Shown here piece after piece: positions 39,595-40,331 of a stretch of DNA of 40,331 nt. Positions within the stretch are counted from its first letter, which is position 1; each line of letters starts with the position of its first letter. Under the pieces are notes generated by a model. The model was not told the origin of the DNA. It saw only the letters and a program-made list of their open reading frames with translations, and did not search any database. Both the position numbers and the translations under genes were made by a program. The stretch spans positions 1 to 40,331 of the forward strand of contig URJF01000001.1 of NCBI GenBank assembly GCA_900548085.1. Direction: 5' to 3'. This stretch comes from an uncultured Oscillospiraceae bacterium (GTDB taxonomy: Bacteria; Bacillota; Clostridia; Oscillospirales; Acutalibacteraceae).

Positions 39595-40331
39595 TTACTT
39601 ATTACTTTTTTTAATTTTGTTCAGGTCTTTGTTTACAGCCAAAATGTCTTCTTTTGTAAACTTGCCGAGCATAGTCATGGCACGCTTAAGGGTAAAGCCT
39701 TTTGCCATATCTATCATAGACTTGTCTATATTCTTAAAATCAAAGCCCATAACAGAAGCGCCTTTTTTCTTCTTTTGTCCCGGCTCTTTCGGCGGAGCGA
39801 GAACTTTTTTCAATTTAAGCAAAAAGCGAATTGCAAAGATTTTGCCTTTGAGCGGTTTTAATATATCGCCGAGAGTATCGTTTACGGAAAGGTAGCCGGT
39901 AGGCGTATCAATCTCAAACCAATTTATTACGCCGTGCTCATCCTTCATAATATAATCTTCATTAAGTTTGTCCACATGGCGAATGGTCATACGGTCCTCG
40001 ATACCGTCAATATCATCGGCTTTGACTACAATTTCGGTCTCCTCCGCCGTGTTAGGAACAGTAAAATGATAGAACGGTGTGTCGGTATCAGTCTGTGTCT
40101 CAAACTTTTCGCCGTTAAGATAGAGAGTAATCTTCGGCTGATTTGAGTACACGGTAATCTTTGTCTCATCCTCTACCCTGTCGATATATCTCTTTGAGCA
40201 AAGATGAATCATAGGTTTGTCACTTAGCCAAGCCTGATAAGCATAAAAAGAATCTTTCTTATACTTACGGTCAAAGGTAACGAGTCCCTTATGGTTCATA
40301 CCGTTTTCGCCGCCCTCGGCTCTTGCGTCTG
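39595..40331 (-). CDS. GH2 glycoside hydrolase, C-terminal part (runs off the window)
   Basis: DARAEGGENGMNHKGLVTFDRKYKKDSFYAY and VYSN...LYLNG Ig-like segment typical of GH2 C-termini. Confidence 0.8.
   Translation of the reverse strand, partial: DARAEGGENGMNHKGLVTFDRKYKKDSFYAYQAWLSDKPMIHLCSKRYIDRVEDETKITVYSNQPKITLYLNGEKFETQTDTDTPFYHFTVPNTAEETEIVVKADDIDGIEDRMTIRHVDKLNEDYIMKDEHGVINWFEIDTPTGYLSVNDTLGDILKPLKGKIFAIRFLLKLKKVLAPPKEPGQKKKKGASVMGFDFKNIDKSMIDMAKGFTLKRAMTMLGKFTKEDILAVNKDLNKIKKSNK

Overview
A 40.3-kb chromosomal segment, mostly housekeeping and carbohydrate genes. The host is inferred to be a spore-forming gut Clostridia (Oscillospirales/Ruminococcaceae-like) bacterium, based on sleB, a SpoIIQ-like M23 protein, Spo0A boxes, sigma-E/F/G-like promoters and sortase/lipoprotein signals. 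In order, it holds: partial tRNA-Gln(CTG), udg, pduL, a sortase-anchored surface protein, an amidohydrolase, a decayed and truncated feoA-feoB pseudogene, GNAT, YoaK, a divergent GH95-like lipoprotein with a metallophosphoesterase, a DRE-TIM aldolase, secA, a lipoprotein, an orphan phosphoglycosyl transferase with a GH2 beta-galactosidase, a radical SAM protein, pth, mfd, M23 peptidase, a membrane protein, an S1-domain protein, DUF951, prfA, a Sua5-CoaE fusion, M18 aminopeptidase, sleB with a small upstream gene, a DnaA-box cluster, ogg, rsmE, FMN riboswitch-ribU, fba and the 3' end of a second GH2. I saw no mobile element, prophage or CRISPR. The most striking non-coding signal is a symmetric DnaA-box array (two inverted triads) with no dnaA/dnaN gene in the window. 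The most striking coding signal is the in-frame Sua5-CoaE fusion. All calls are from motif recognition by eye; no database search was run.
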